A DNA stretch of 64,000 bases, from NCBI GenBank assembly GCA_050951805.1, contig JBMNJT010000002.1, positions 1,472,001-1,536,000 on the forward strand, read 5' to 3'. Positions within the stretch are counted from its first letter, which is position 1; every line of letters starts with the position of its first letter. Position numbers and translations under genes: made by a program. This DNA is from Bacillota bacterium (GTDB lineage: Bacteria > Bacillota > DTU025). Of the stretch, positions 30,830-40,655 are shown in pieces. Under the pieces are notes generated by a model that saw nothing but the letters and a program-made list of their open reading frames with translations, did no database searches and was not told the origin of the DNA.

Positions 30830-32177
30830 GGAATACCTCCCCAAGAGCAGAGAGTCCCAACGCTAGAGCGCAATCCACGACCTCTTTCCAGCGCTCAACT
30901 CGATATGGATTGTCAACATGGCTCCGATCGCCCGAACCCTCACTTTCGGGACGCCGCGCCTTAAAGCTAGACTCGGGCGAGTCCTTTTGCCCCGCAAAAG
31001 ACCCGGGAGCTGCCGCATTAGCCTCCTCGGACTGCGTCAGTAATGCTATCATCTTGGCTGTGAAAGTTTGTTCCGCTTCGAGTAGATCCCTCTCAAGCGC
31101 GTCCATCCCGGTGCAATTGGCATGATAGTTCTTCCCTGCAGGTTGATCTGTCCTGGGCAGACGCACTTCCTTCCGTGTACTGCCACGGCCCGGTCTCCTC
31201 CTATCTTCGCCCCTAGGCCCCCTCACCACCAATTCTGTGCGGTCGGCAACTTCGAGATGGAAAAAGCGATCCTCAAATTCTCTCGCCAGCCCTGCCAAGA
31301 TGGGTCTGAGAGCCGGATCCACGCGTCCCTCCAGTTCAACCCTTAAGCACAGCTCAGCATTGGCCATGTCACTCAGGCGTTCTCGAATTTCCGCTCCCGA
31401 CTTTCCCGCAATGTCGACAGTAATGACTCGATGCTGCCGACTAGGAACCTTCATGGGGTTTACGCGAGTCCCATCTTCACGCAGACTCACGAGAAGTGCG
31501 TGCCGTTCACCTCTCGTATCAAAGTTGAGGTGTACCGGTGACCCCGAATACCAGCACGTCGCCTTTCCCACCGAGCAATTGACCATGTTATGGTAATGGC
31601 CTAAGGCCAAGTAATCGAGGCCAGACTGTGAAAGCGCATCGGGCGAAATAGGGCATATCGAAGAATCAAGCCCAGGAGTCCCAGCGAAAGTACCATGCAT
31701 CAACCCTACATGCATCCCCGAGCCCTCCACAACCAGGTTGGAAAGAACGGGCATAGTGGAATTCCGAGAAGTAGTCCTCAGTCCCCATACAGTGACCCCC
31801 GGAAAAGGCGAAACGGATGACCATTCCTCTGCCATGAAAAGATGAACATTCTCCCCAGAGCAAGCCTCCCGAAGCAGCTCCAAACCTCCGCTTTCTTCTG
31901 CTTCTCCCGGAGTAACCGCGACAAAAATCGAACTCCTGCCAAGCCTTGCAAACCCATTACGGACCTCTTCAACTACCGAGTCGGCCACTGAATCCGCACA
32001 GATCAAATCCCCCGGAATCAGCACCAGTCTCACATTGAGCCGGATTGCTTCACTCACAATGAAATTGAATGTATCCACCAGTTCCCGACGGCGTACAGCG
32101 CGAACATCTCGTCTGTACTCGGTGAGCACGTGGTCGAGGTGAAGGTCGGACGTGTGCAGAATGCTCACAGGTTCCAA
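30774..32177 (-). CDS. YhaO/SbcD(Mre11)-like metallophosphoesterase
   Basis: ILHTSDLHLD, PGDL, HGT, YLALGHYH and YSGSP motifs; GNHD motif replaced by GEAE. Confidence 0.82.
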   Translation of the reverse strand: MEPVSILHTSDLHLDHVLTEYRRDVRAVRRRELVDTFNFIVSEAIRLNVRLVLIPGDLICADSVADSVVEEVRNGFARLGRSSIFVAVTPGEAEESGGLELLREACSGENVHLFMAEEWSSVSPFPGVTVWGLRTTSRNSTMPVLSNLVVEGSGMHVGLMHGTFAGTPGLDSSICPISPDALSQSGLDYLALGHYHNMVNCSVGKATCWYSGSPVHLNFDTRGERHALLVSLREDGTRVNPMKVPSRQHRVITVDIAGKSGAEIRERLSDMANAELCLRVELEGRVDPALRPILAGLAREFEDRFFHLEVADRTELVVRGPRGEDRRRPGRGSTRKEVRLPRTDQPAGKNYHANCTGMDALERDLLEAEQTFTAKMIALLTQSEEANAAAPGSFAGQKDSPESSFKARRPESEGSGDRSHVDNPYRVERWKEVVDCALALGLSALGEVFRGDDREAVGCGEKRRPDD

Positions 32178-32331
32178 AACCCTGCCCTCCCGCAGTTGTA
32201 GAATGTGATGAACCGCAACACAGAAGATCGTAATACGCCGCAATTCACGAAATAGCGACGTTAATGTTGGTTATGCATTGCCATTACCATATGTATAAGC
32301 TTAGCTTTCAAATGCTAACTCGCACTGTCTA

Positions 32332-32358
32332 TTTCTTCGTTACGCCCCCTTTCCCTTC
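32332..32358 (-). promoter_or_regulatory. SigH-type promoter upstream of the Mre11-like gene
   Basis: GAAGGGAAA-11nt-GAAGAAA. Confidence 0.4.
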
Positions 32359-32380
32359 ATAACTCTTCCGGCATAAAGCG

Positions 32381-32404
32381 AGGCGCGCCCCGAAGGGCGC
32401 GCCT
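32381..32404. terminator. GC-rich hairpin downstream of the WYL pair
   Basis: AGGCGCGCCC-CGAA-GGGCGCGCCT perfect inverted repeat. Confidence 0.65.
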
Positions 32405-32530
32405 GTTAATGCTTGCAGTGCCGACAATATTCTTCATTCAGATGCCGAATCACGCTCGGCCCGACCATGGAAAGCGCCAACAGCCCGATTCTCCCCGCCC
32501 GCTCCCAAGATCATGTCTGTCCACGTCTCT

Positions 32531-33649
32531 CTATCCCAACAGCATACCGACTTTTTCATACCTATCCAACACCCTATCCACAGCCTCCGCCATACTCTGC
32601 CTCAACTCCGGAGGCGCGAGAATCTCGGCTGATTCCCCGAACGTGGCCACCCAGGTGCGAAACTCGTTCCAGCCAGGCATCATGTCTCGATAGATCACCG
32701 ACCCATCCGTCTGAACCTCATACACAGCATCCGGCCGATCAGCCGTGTCGGCATACATCCTCTCGATGACATTGAAGTCGTTGAGGAAGCGAACCACAAC
32801 TTCCACCTGTTCGCAGCTGCATTCCACTCCCCAACACGTCTTCACGTGTCTTTCGACTTCCTCATCGGATGGCGCATCTATCTCGACACTTGACGGACCA
32901 TATCCGAGAATTCGCGATACCCTGTAGTGTCGATATCCTCCGTGCCTCTCATTGTATCCGTACAGATACCACGCGCACGTCCTCCAATCGTAGACGAGGG
33001 CGACAGGACAGGTGTCACGCTCACTTCTCTGCCCTGACGCATTCACATACGAGATGTGTATGGGTTCCCTCCTCGCCACGAAGAGGCCCAAGGCATCAAG
33101 CTTCGATTCCTCCTGTCCCTCGCCATACATGGTCCGTCCTGCCTTGACCACCCGCCTGCTCGCAGCAAGAGCGACTTCATCAGATGAACCGGCCTTGATA
33201 AGGCTCGCCTCTAGCTTTGACACTGCCCGCTCAGCGCCACCCATTCCATCGCGTTTCGCATCACCGCCACAAGCGGACGTAGCAGCCCCGCATGAAGGCT
33301 CAGACCCCTTAAGTATGGCCAAGAGAGTTCTTGCTTCCTTCACTGAAAGAGACGTAATTGGAAAAGCGAAATCCTTAGAGGCAAGGCTCCATACCTCCTG
33401 ATCGGGACAGAGAGGATCGTCGTCATCACAGGCATCGCACCCTTGATCCAAGTTGCTCATCAATGGGGCACGCATGTATTCTGACAGGCGTTGGATATCA
33501 TCGCGAATTACCTCGGGCGTAGCCTCGCATGCAGCTGCAAGTTCTGCCACGCTCATGCCCTTGCCCGAAGCCAACAGCAGATTAATCACTCGTATTATGC
33601 GCCAGAACATCTCATCCCTCAGGACTTCCTGTGCGCCTGCCTCCCACAT
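32531..33649 (-). CDS. WYL-domain transcriptional regulator (PafC-like)
   Basis: wHTH (ELAAACEATPEVIRDDIQRL), AWYLYG, YRVSRI and WCX tail (WVATFGESAEILAPPELR); ATG with RBS AAGGAGG. Confidence 0.88.
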   Translation of the reverse strand: MWEAGAQEVLRDEMFWRIIRVINLLLASGKGMSVAELAAACEATPEVIRDDIQRLSEYMRAPLMSNLDQGCDACDDDDPLCPDQEVWSLASKDFAFPITSLSVKEARTLLAILKGSEPSCGAATSACGGDAKRDGMGGAERAVSKLEASLIKAGSSDEVALAASRRVVKAGRTMYGEGQEESKLDALGLFVARREPIHISYVNASGQRSERDTCPVALVYDWRTCAWYLYGYNERHGGYRHYRVSRILGYGPSSVEIDAPSDEEVERHVKTCWGVECSCEQVEVVVRFLNDFNVIERMYADTADRPDAVYEVQTDGSVIYRDMMPGWNEFRTWVATFGESAEILAPPELRQSMAEAVDRVLDRYEKVGMLLG

Positions 33650-34946
33650 GGATAGCGTCCTCCTTCGCCTCCCCAGCCCCTGCCATGACCGAAGGGCCAC
33701 AATAGATCTCCTTCATCCTTTCAGCACTGGCAATAAGCTGATTTCTTAAGTTTTCAGGCTCGATAACCACCGCAGAACTCCCGAATGTTCGCAGCCACGT
33801 TCTGAACTCGGAAAGCCCCATGACCGTGTCAACAAGTTCCCATACCCCATCGTCCACCTGGCATAGTCGAGCGGAAGGCCTTCCCAACACCTCTGCATGA
33901 AGCCTATCCACCACATTCATCTCATCAAAGAACAAAACCTTCACTGAAGTAGGTTCGCCAGCGTAGACTCCCCACATCTCGGAGGTGTAATCCGATAAAT
34001 CAAAATCCTCTGGATACTCGTATCTGTCGGAAGTCAGCATCATCCCGTCAATCCGATCCACCCTGAAGTGCCTTAGCTCATCCGCCCTTCGGCAGCGAGC
34101 AACGAGATACCATGCATCATGAAACCAGTAGTAGACTACCCCCAACGGCTCTACGTCTCTGACCTTGCTCGCCCCATCGCCCGTGCCCCGATACCTGATC
34201 CTCACGACCCGGCCCTCCAGCGACGCCAACTCCAGGGTATCAACCTTCCTAAGTATGGCCGGATCCGACCTTCGAGTCCGGCCCTTGGTAAACCTTCGTC
34301 TAGTTACATAATGAGCAGGCCCCGTCTGCGGCGCCACACTCGCAAGGAGTTTGTCGCGGATGGAAACAACAGTAGCGTGGTCAGCCACCGCCTCCGGCGC
34401 AGACTCCAGCGCAAGCACCACCGCCACCAACTCATCGCAGGTCAGCGAAAATCTTGGCATGAATGCACTGCTCAGCCTGTACGCGCCTGATCTATCGACA
34501 CATTCGCCGCGGCAGGATGGCCCGGTTTTCCCACCGGGCTCGCTCCACTGGCCGGGAGCCTCCACAAGGCCGCGAGACTCCAGGTAATCCACGTCGCGCC
34601 TCACAGTCCGTTCGTCGATGCTAAAGTCGCGTATGGGGTCATTCAGATACGTTACTATGCTTGTTATGGTTGAGGGGCCACCTGTAAGGTATGTGAGGAT
34701 GGCCAGCTGTCGCATGGCAGCTTCTGAGGACCTAGCGTGGTATCCGCCGCCATCGTCTTCGCAGACGACTAGGGCATCACGTATTTCAATCTTTGCCCCA
34801 ACCATCCTCAGTTTCGCCAAATCGCGTTGGAGAGTTCGCATGGATATGTCGAAAGCTTCGAGAATGGTGTCAACCTGGCATGACCCCCCAGACGACTTCA
34901 CCATCTCGAGTATCGATAATAGCCTGGTATCTCTTCCTCCAGCCAT
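33612..34946 (-). CDS. WYL-domain transcriptional regulator (PafB-like) with two N-terminal HTH motifs
   Basis: ISMRTLQRDLAKL and IDERTVRRDVDYL; AWYLVA, FRVDRI; WLRTFGSSAVVIEPENLR. Confidence 0.9.
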   Translation of the reverse strand: MAGGRDTRLLSILEMVKSSGGSCQVDTILEAFDISMRTLQRDLAKLRMVGAKIEIRDALVVCEDDGGGYHARSSEAAMRQLAILTYLTGGPSTITSIVTYLNDPIRDFSIDERTVRRDVDYLESRGLVEAPGQWSEPGGKTGPSCRGECVDRSGAYRLSSAFMPRFSLTCDELVAVVLALESAPEAVADHATVVSIRDKLLASVAPQTGPAHYVTRRRFTKGRTRRSDPAILRKVDTLELASLEGRVVRIRYRGTGDGASKVRDVEPLGVVYYWFHDAWYLVARCRRADELRHFRVDRIDGMMLTSDRYEYPEDFDLSDYTSEMWGVYAGEPTSVKVLFFDEMNVVDRLHAEVLGRPSARLCQVDDGVWELVDTVMGLSEFRTWLRTFGSSAVVIEPENLRNQLIASAERMKEIYCGPSVMAGAGEAKEDAIHVGGRRTGSPEG

Positions 34947-34974
34947 ATGCAATCACCCAGAGGACAATTCGACA

Positions 34975-35613
34975 TCAGGCCGTCACGTCCCTCTCTATCT
35001 CCTGGAACATAAGCTCCCGCAACTTCCTCCTTGCCCGGAATGCTGCATTGTCGACTGTCTTCGTTTCCACACCCATGTTTACGGCAAGTTCTCTGTAGGA
35101 CGCCCCTTCAGCCAGCCCCTTGAAGACTTCAAGCTCCAACGTTGAGAGCGCACTAGACGCCACATTCATGATTCTTGCTGCAGAATCATGCGCAATTGCT
35201 TCTTCGACTGGATCGACAGCATCAGTATCGGCTACAGATTCAATGAGGTTCCGGTCATCTGAATCCCACGATCTAGCAGAACCCCATAGCGGAAGAACCG
35301 GCGCCGGAGGGGTGTTCTTCGAACGCCGGAATGACCTTGCAACGCTGCACAGTCTTCGATTCACACACAACTCCGCAAATGTGAAGAATGATGCAAGCTT
35401 AGGATTGTATGCGCGCACCGCCGCTAGGAATCCAAGCCGGGCTTCCTGTAACAGATCATCCCTGCTTACCACATCCTCGTTGAAGAAAGGCTTAGTCCAT
35501 ACGTAGATTGCCCTGGAATACCTGTCGAGCAACTCGGCAAAAGCCTCGCCACAATTCTCCTCCTGAACGGCTGCAATCAACTGAAGCTCGGGCAACAAAG
35601 CAACGTTCTGCAT
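34975..35613 (-). CDS. Divergent SigH-like RNA polymerase sigma factor
   Basis: DDLLQEARLGF...FFTFAELCVNRR and LSTLELEVF...GASYRELA...KTVDNAAFRARRKL match SigH regions 2 and 4; ATG after RBS GGGAGGT. Confidence 0.82.
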   Translation of the reverse strand: MQNVALLPELQLIAAVQEENCGEAFAELLDRYSRAIYVWTKPFFNEDVVSRDDLLQEARLGFLAAVRAYNPKLASFFTFAELCVNRRLCSVARSFRRSKNTPPAPVLPLWGSARSWDSDDRNLIESVADTDAVDPVEEAIAHDSAARIMNVASSALSTLELEVFKGLAEGASYRELAVNMGVETKTVDNAAFRARRKLRELMFQEIERDVTA

Positions 35614-35726
35614 TGCCATACCTCCCAGAATGTCGAAGTCCTCGGCTAGACACCGAGGACATGGTAACATTCCGGTCCGGCACAAACCTGTCACATCAGC
35701 AAAACCTTGCCTGGCGGCGCCATCAC

Positions 35727-37160
35727 TCAGGCGCAGCGCAACGATTCGAGGCCTGCAAAAGCGAGAGCGCTCTCCAGGCGTTTGCGCGTTATCATACATC
35801 CTATGGCGTATGGCTCCATTAAGGTTCCGTTCATTTGGTGCGCGTTAGCATGGCACCCGCCGGAACACAAATACCGCGCCCAGCAATCGCGGCACGCCTC
35901 CTTAGCATATATATGCGCAGCGCCGAACCTCTCGCCTATCTCAGGCTTTTCAATCCCGTGGAACACATCTCCCATCACGAAGCCCTCCCTGCCCACAAAC
36001 TGATGGCATGGATAGAGCTCCCCGTCTGGGGTCACTGCCACGTATTCCCGCCCGGCCCCGCACCCAAGCAACCGTTTGGCAAGGCACGGACCCTTAGCCA
36101 CGTCAAGGTCGAAATGGAAAAAACGAAATCCCCGTCCCTCCTCACTTCTCGCGTCCATCTCGCGAACGAGTCTATCGTATGACCTATAGATCTCGTCGAG
36201 ATCGGATTCGCGAATCGAATAAGGAGATGATGGCGGCGAAACGACAGGCTCGAAAGATATACTTGCAAAACCCATGTCCGCGAGGAAAAGCACGTCTTCC
36301 ACGAAATCCGTGTTCTTTCTCGTATACGTGCCCCGCGCGTAGTACTCGCCATCAGGGCCCTCAGGGCGAGTCTTAACGAAACTGAGCGCATTTGCAGAAC
36401 AGCGATCAAATGTAGATTCGCCGGAGGCGCCCTTGCGGACTGCATCATGGACCTGGGGCCTTCCATCGAGGCTGAGCACCGCCGCAATCTGATTGTCATT
36501 GAGAAACTTCCCAATTTCAGGCGTGAGGCGAGTTGCGTTCGTCGTGATGGTAAACTTCAATACTTTTCCTGTCTCCGCCTCTAGTTTCCGGCCATGCTCT
36601 ACCGCTCGAACCACCGTATCCATGGCCAGAAGCGGCTCTCCGCCGAAAAAGTCGACATCAAGGTGCTTCACGTGGCCGCTAATGTCGAAGAGAAGATCGA
36701 GCGCAGCGCATGCGATCTCAGGCGGCATCAGGCTTCGCCTTCCTCCGAACCCTCCCGTACCAGCAAAGCAGTATCCGCACCTCATGTCGCAATCATGCGC
36801 CACATGGAGGCACATGGCTTTGACCACCCCGGGGCCAAGTGCCGACGGGACTGGATCCTCATCGTCAGGCCATGCAAGGGTTCCCTCATCAATCAGCACA
36901 GCTAGGTCGTGCAGAATCTCCTCTGTTTGACTGACGTCAACGCCTGCCGCGGCAGCAAGATCTGCCGCAGCGCACTCCCGAGTTCCAGCTTGATCACAGG
37001 AGGATACGAGCGCCTCCAAAACGTCCCATGCCGCATCATCAATGGCATGCAAGCTGCCAGACTGGACGTCAAGAAGGAAACGAGCGTCCGCTGCCTGGAA
37101 CCAGTGCCAATTGCGCCTGATTCCAGCTGCCGACGGACGCCTTCGCTCAATATCCAGTAT
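35727..37160 (-). CDS. scfB: SCIFF (ranthipeptide) radical SAM maturase
   Basis: KAMCLHVAHDCDMRCGYCFA, DFFGGEP, GPCLAKRLLGCGAG, YPCHQFVG and CSGGCHAN; real start lies downstream of the SCIFF gene (approximate). Confidence 0.92.
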   Translation of the reverse strand: MLDIERRRPSAAGIRRNWHWFQAADARFLLDVQSGSLHAIDDAAWDVLEALVSSCDQAGTRECAAADLAAAAGVDVSQTEEILHDLAVLIDEGTLAWPDDEDPVPSALGPGVVKAMCLHVAHDCDMRCGYCFAGTGGFGGRRSLMPPEIACAALDLLFDISGHVKHLDVDFFGGEPLLAMDTVVRAVEHGRKLEAETGKVLKFTITTNATRLTPEIGKFLNDNQIAAVLSLDGRPQVHDAVRKGASGESTFDRCSANALSFVKTRPEGPDGEYYARGTYTRKNTDFVEDVLFLADMGFASISFEPVVSPPSSPYSIRESDLDEIYRSYDRLVREMDARSEEGRGFRFFHFDLDVAKGPCLAKRLLGCGAGREYVAVTPDGELYPCHQFVGREGFVMGDVFHGIEKPEIGERFGAAHIYAKEACRDCWARYLCSGGCHANAHQMNGTLMEPYAIGCMITRKRLESALAFAGLESLRCA

Positions 37161-37165
37161 GTCGG

Positions 37166-37327
37166 CTATCTCCGACAAGCCTGGTTCCCAAGCGTACACG
37201 ATGTCTTGCAAGCAGACTGGCAGGAGGTCTGGCACTCCCTGCAACCGCCTGACGACACCGTAGACTTGAGATCAGATGCTATGATCGTCTTTACATGCTT
37301 CGTATTCTTCTTGCTGTCAGTATTCAC
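37166..37327 (-). CDS. scfA: SCIFF (six-cysteine) ranthipeptide precursor, 53 aa
   Basis: MNTDSKKNTKHVKTIIASDLKSTVSSGGCRECQTSCQSACKTSCTLGNQACRR; GTG start with RBS GGGGGA; below the ORF-track cutoff. Confidence 0.95.
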   Translation of the reverse strand: MNTDSKKNTKHVKTIIASDLKSTVSSGGCRECQTSCQSACKTSCTLGNQACRR

Positions 37328-37357
37328 GCTTATTCCCCCGTTTGACCGATTACACGT

Positions 37358-38386
37358 CTAGAGTATACCACCGCCAGAAGAGGATGCCAACTCTTCCACC
37401 ACACCCACCAGCAGCCGGGTTGCAGCGTCAACGTCCCTCATGTCCACCATCTCGCAGGGAGTGTGAACATATCTGCACGGAATAGAGATCGTCCCCGAAG
37501 GCACGCCTTCACGCGTCAGGTGAATAGCGCCCGCATCCGTCCCTCCGCGTTCCAGGACTTCCATCTGGTATAGAATCCCCTTCTTCTCGGCAACATCTAT
37601 CATGAGGTTTTTGACCTTTGGATGAGCGATTACACTTGAATCCTTCGCCTTGATAGCCACGCCTTTTCCAAGCACGACGTTAAAAGGCGCGCATTCAGGA
37701 GTATCACCCCAGGTTGTAACATCCACCGCTATCCCAACATCGGGATTGATGCCATATGCCGCTGCCTTGGCACCACGCAGACCCAGCTCTTCCTGGACAG
37801 TGAAAACAAAATAGGCCTCGTGACGCTCTGGGCGGACGGATTTCATAGCCTCTATCACCACTGCACAGGAGATCCGGTTGTCCATAGTCTTCGAGGTCAC
37901 TCTGTCCCCCAAATCCGAGAATTCCCGTAGTATGACGGCTGAGTCCCCCACCCGGACTTTCTTCTCGGCTTCATCCTTGCTTGATGCACCGATATCTATG
38001 AACATCTTGTCGAACGCCAAAGACTTCATGTCCTCCAGCTTCTCGGTGCCGAACACGCCCACAGTTCCGTTTTCGAAGATGACCTTCTGCCCTAAGAGTA
38101 CGTATGGGCTGAGCCCGCCGACTGGAGAGAACCGCAGAAATCCCTTGTCATCTATGTATGAAACGAGCACTCCGATCTCATCCATGTGAGCGGCGACCAT
38201 GATCCGTTTGGGATCGCTGCCGTCTGCAGGCGACTTCGGGGCCACGCGGCAGATGAGGTTGCCGAGGGAGTCGACTCGGATTTCGTCGGCGAACTTTTCG
38301 ACCTCAGCCTTGATAATCTCCCTAACCTTGTCTTCAGACCCTGACGGGCCGTATGCTTCAGTTAGTCTTTTTACAAGATCCTTCAT
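37358..38386 (-). CDS. M42 family aminopeptidase
   Basis: AAHMDEIG, DNR, VQEELG, GGTDAG and RYVH motifs. Confidence 0.92.
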   Translation of the reverse strand: MKDLVKRLTEAYGPSGSEDKVREIIKAEVEKFADEIRVDSLGNLICRVAPKSPADGSDPKRIMVAAHMDEIGVLVSYIDDKGFLRFSPVGGLSPYVLLGQKVIFENGTVGVFGTEKLEDMKSLAFDKMFIDIGASSKDEAEKKVRVGDSAVILREFSDLGDRVTSKTMDNRISCAVVIEAMKSVRPERHEAYFVFTVQEELGLRGAKAAAYGINPDVGIAVDVTTWGDTPECAPFNVVLGKGVAIKAKDSSVIAHPKVKNLMIDVAEKKGILYQMEVLERGGTDAGAIHLTREGVPSGTISIPCRYVHTPCEMVDMRDVDAATRLLVGVVEELASSSGGGIL

Positions 38387-39410
38387 CTATCGGCAAACCC
38401 CTTTCGTCAAGGCTGTCAAGGAACAGCCCGGCAAGCTTTACGTAGTTTTCGAAATCAGAGAGGTTTATCACCGAAACCGGCGAGTGGATAAACCGACACG
38501 GCATCGAGACTACTGCAGCAGGAATTCCTTCCCGTGTCAGGCCGATGCGTCCGGCATCGGTGCCTCCCGTCACAGTACGCTTGAACTGATACGGAACACT
38601 TGCTGCCTCAGCTGTCTCGACCAGCCGGTCGATTATGCGCTTGTCGCCCACCCATGAGCGGTCCATGTATACGATGGCCGGACCTTTACCCGGGACCGTG
38701 GAGACACTGTGCTCCGGGGTCTCAGGCACATCATGGGCCGTGGTGCCCTCCAACACGATAGCAAGATCGGGTTCGATCTGGAAGGCGGCAACTCCTGCCC
38801 CTCTGAGGCCTACCTCTTCCTGGACTGTAAAAGCCCCGTAAAGGTCGAAGTCGTGCTGGACTTTGAGAGCTTCTATAATCGCACAGCAACCGACGCGGTC
38901 ATCAAATGCCTTGCCTTTCATGAACCCATCGCCCAATGGCTCACACTTAGTCGCAAAAACCACAGGGTCACCTAATTTCACGAGTTTCTCGGCATCTTCC
39001 TTGTTTTTTGCGCCAATATCCACGAGAAGAGCGTCCATCTTAGTGGCGCGATCCATGTCCTCCCGTTCCAATAGATGGATCGGCTTGGATCCGATAACGC
39101 CGGGCAGTTTGTTGCGCCCGACATACACCATCTTTGAGACGAGAACTCGCGGATCCACGCCTCCCACAGAGTCCACGTGAAGAAGGCCATTGGATTCAAA
39201 ACCCACCACCATCAAGCCGACTTCGTCCATGTGCGCAGCAAGCATTACTCTGGCCTTTCCCGTCCTGCCACGCTTCAAAGCGACAAGGTTGCCAATCGGA
39301 TCAATCTTGATCTCGTCAACATAGGGAGCGATTTCGTTCCGGATAGTGGCGCGAATCTCGCCCTCCTGACCGGAAATGCCCGAAGCCTCTGAAAGCTTGG
39401 CTAGAAGCAA
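38358..39410 (-). CDS. M42 family aminopeptidase
   Basis: AAHMDEVG, KAFDDR, VQEEVG, GGTDAG and RFIHSP motifs. Confidence 0.92.
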   Translation of the reverse strand: MLLAKLSEASGISGQEGEIRATIRNEIAPYVDEIKIDPIGNLVALKRGRTGKARVMLAAHMDEVGLMVVGFESNGLLHVDSVGGVDPRVLVSKMVYVGRNKLPGVIGSKPIHLLEREDMDRATKMDALLVDIGAKNKEDAEKLVKLGDPVVFATKCEPLGDGFMKGKAFDDRVGCCAIIEALKVQHDFDLYGAFTVQEEVGLRGAGVAAFQIEPDLAIVLEGTTAHDVPETPEHSVSTVPGKGPAIVYMDRSWVGDKRIIDRLVETAEAASVPYQFKRTVTGGTDAGRIGLTREGIPAAVVSMPCRFIHSPVSVINLSDFENYVKLAGLFLDSLDERGLPIDEGSCKKTN

Positions 39411-40456
39411 GTCAATCCCTCCCTGAACCGGGAGTCAACTGCGCTCGCGAAGAATGCCAGCAACTGCCCGGATTTTTTCACATCTTCAACCGAGAGAGTT
39501 TCAACAGATGTATGCATGTAGCGAAGAGGCACGGAAATCAGACCGGTGGCCACGCCAGAACGTGTCATCTGCATGGCATAGGCATCGGTCCCCCGCGGAG
39601 AAGTGCCCGCTTCCACCTGATACGCTATTCCGCGCTCCTCTGCAATCTCCTTCAACTTGGAGAAGATGTGGGGATGCACATGCGGGCCATAGCTTATGGC
39701 AGGCCCTCCCCCCAACTTCAGCGTATGATGCTCCGGCAACCCTGGCATGTCTCCATGACCAACATCTATGGCGATACCTATATCGGGCGTTATCCCATAG
39801 GTGCTCGTGATGCTGCCCCCGTAACCAACTTCCTCCTGAACTGTGGCGACGAAGTAAACGTCACAATCGTGCTTGAGCTTTTGCAATTCAACCGCGCATT
39901 CGTACATCACCGCAACACCGGCCCGGTCATCCATGCTCTTACCGGAAATGCGGTCGTTTGCCAATTCCACACCTGTTCGATCGAAGCTGACAACGTCGCC
40001 CACGCGCACAAGCTCGCGCAGCCTCTCTGCGGACATTCCGCAGTCCACAACGAGCTCCTCCCATTTCCACGACTTGTCCTTGTCTTTAGGATCCTGGAGA
40101 TGCGGCGGGATCGCACCTATGACCCCGGAAATATCGCGTCTTCCATGCACAGTCACTTCCATGGAGGGCAAGATGCGTCGGTCTACCCCTCCCATCATTC
40201 TGACTTGCAAAAACCCTTCATCCTCGATCTTCGATACTATCATGCCAATTTCGTCGACATGAGCGGCGACCATGATCTTGGCAGAGGGCTTGGGAGAAGC
40301 TCCTCTCTTGAGCATGATCACGCTTCCGAGCGAGTCCCGCCGAACTTCGTCGACAATGTCAGCGAAGAGGGCAGTCACAACGTCCCCAGCGGGAGACTCG
40401 TACCCAGTCACGCCGCGAGCGTCGGCGAGGCGCAAGATCGCTTGCTTCGTATCCAT
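39401..40456 (-). CDS. M42 family aminopeptidase
   Basis: AAHVDEIG, DDRAG, VQEEVG and RYMHT motifs; start at MDTKQ. Confidence 0.92.
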   Translation of the reverse strand: MDTKQAILRLADARGVTGYESPAGDVVTALFADIVDEVRRDSLGSVIMLKRGASPKPSAKIMVAAHVDEIGMIVSKIEDEGFLQVRMMGGVDRRILPSMEVTVHGRRDISGVIGAIPPHLQDPKDKDKSWKWEELVVDCGMSAERLRELVRVGDVVSFDRTGVELANDRISGKSMDDRAGVAVMYECAVELQKLKHDCDVYFVATVQEEVGYGGSITSTYGITPDIGIAIDVGHGDMPGLPEHHTLKLGGGPAISYGPHVHPHIFSKLKEIAEERGIAYQVEAGTSPRGTDAYAMQMTRSGVATGLISVPLRYMHTSVETLSVEDVKKSGQLLAFFASAVDSRFREGLTCF

Positions 40457-40655
40457 AACCCGTCCCCTTTCCGCACCCATTAAGTGACGACCCTGACCCA
40501 CAGCTCCAGGACCGCACACCTTTTTTGTATTCGCCATTGCATGCGCGCTTCCTGCAATCACATAAAGTGGATCGTGCCAAAAGATGCATTGACAAGATGG
40601 CTCTATGCAGGATTCATGTAAATGAGCCCATCACTTCCTTCCACAATGATTCCAT

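Noticed and set aside
37166-37244. N-terminal extension of the 505-aa maturase ORF
   Set aside because: Overlaps the SCIFF precursor gene in another frame
37358-40456. Three tandem M42 peptidases as a novelty
   Set aside because: Such trios are common in anaerobic Bacillota
39512-40483. Long antisense ORFs (this 323-aa one, 48602-49423, 52891-53628 and others)
   Set aside because: Opposite-strand shadows of well-supported genes in GC-rich DNA, with no motifs
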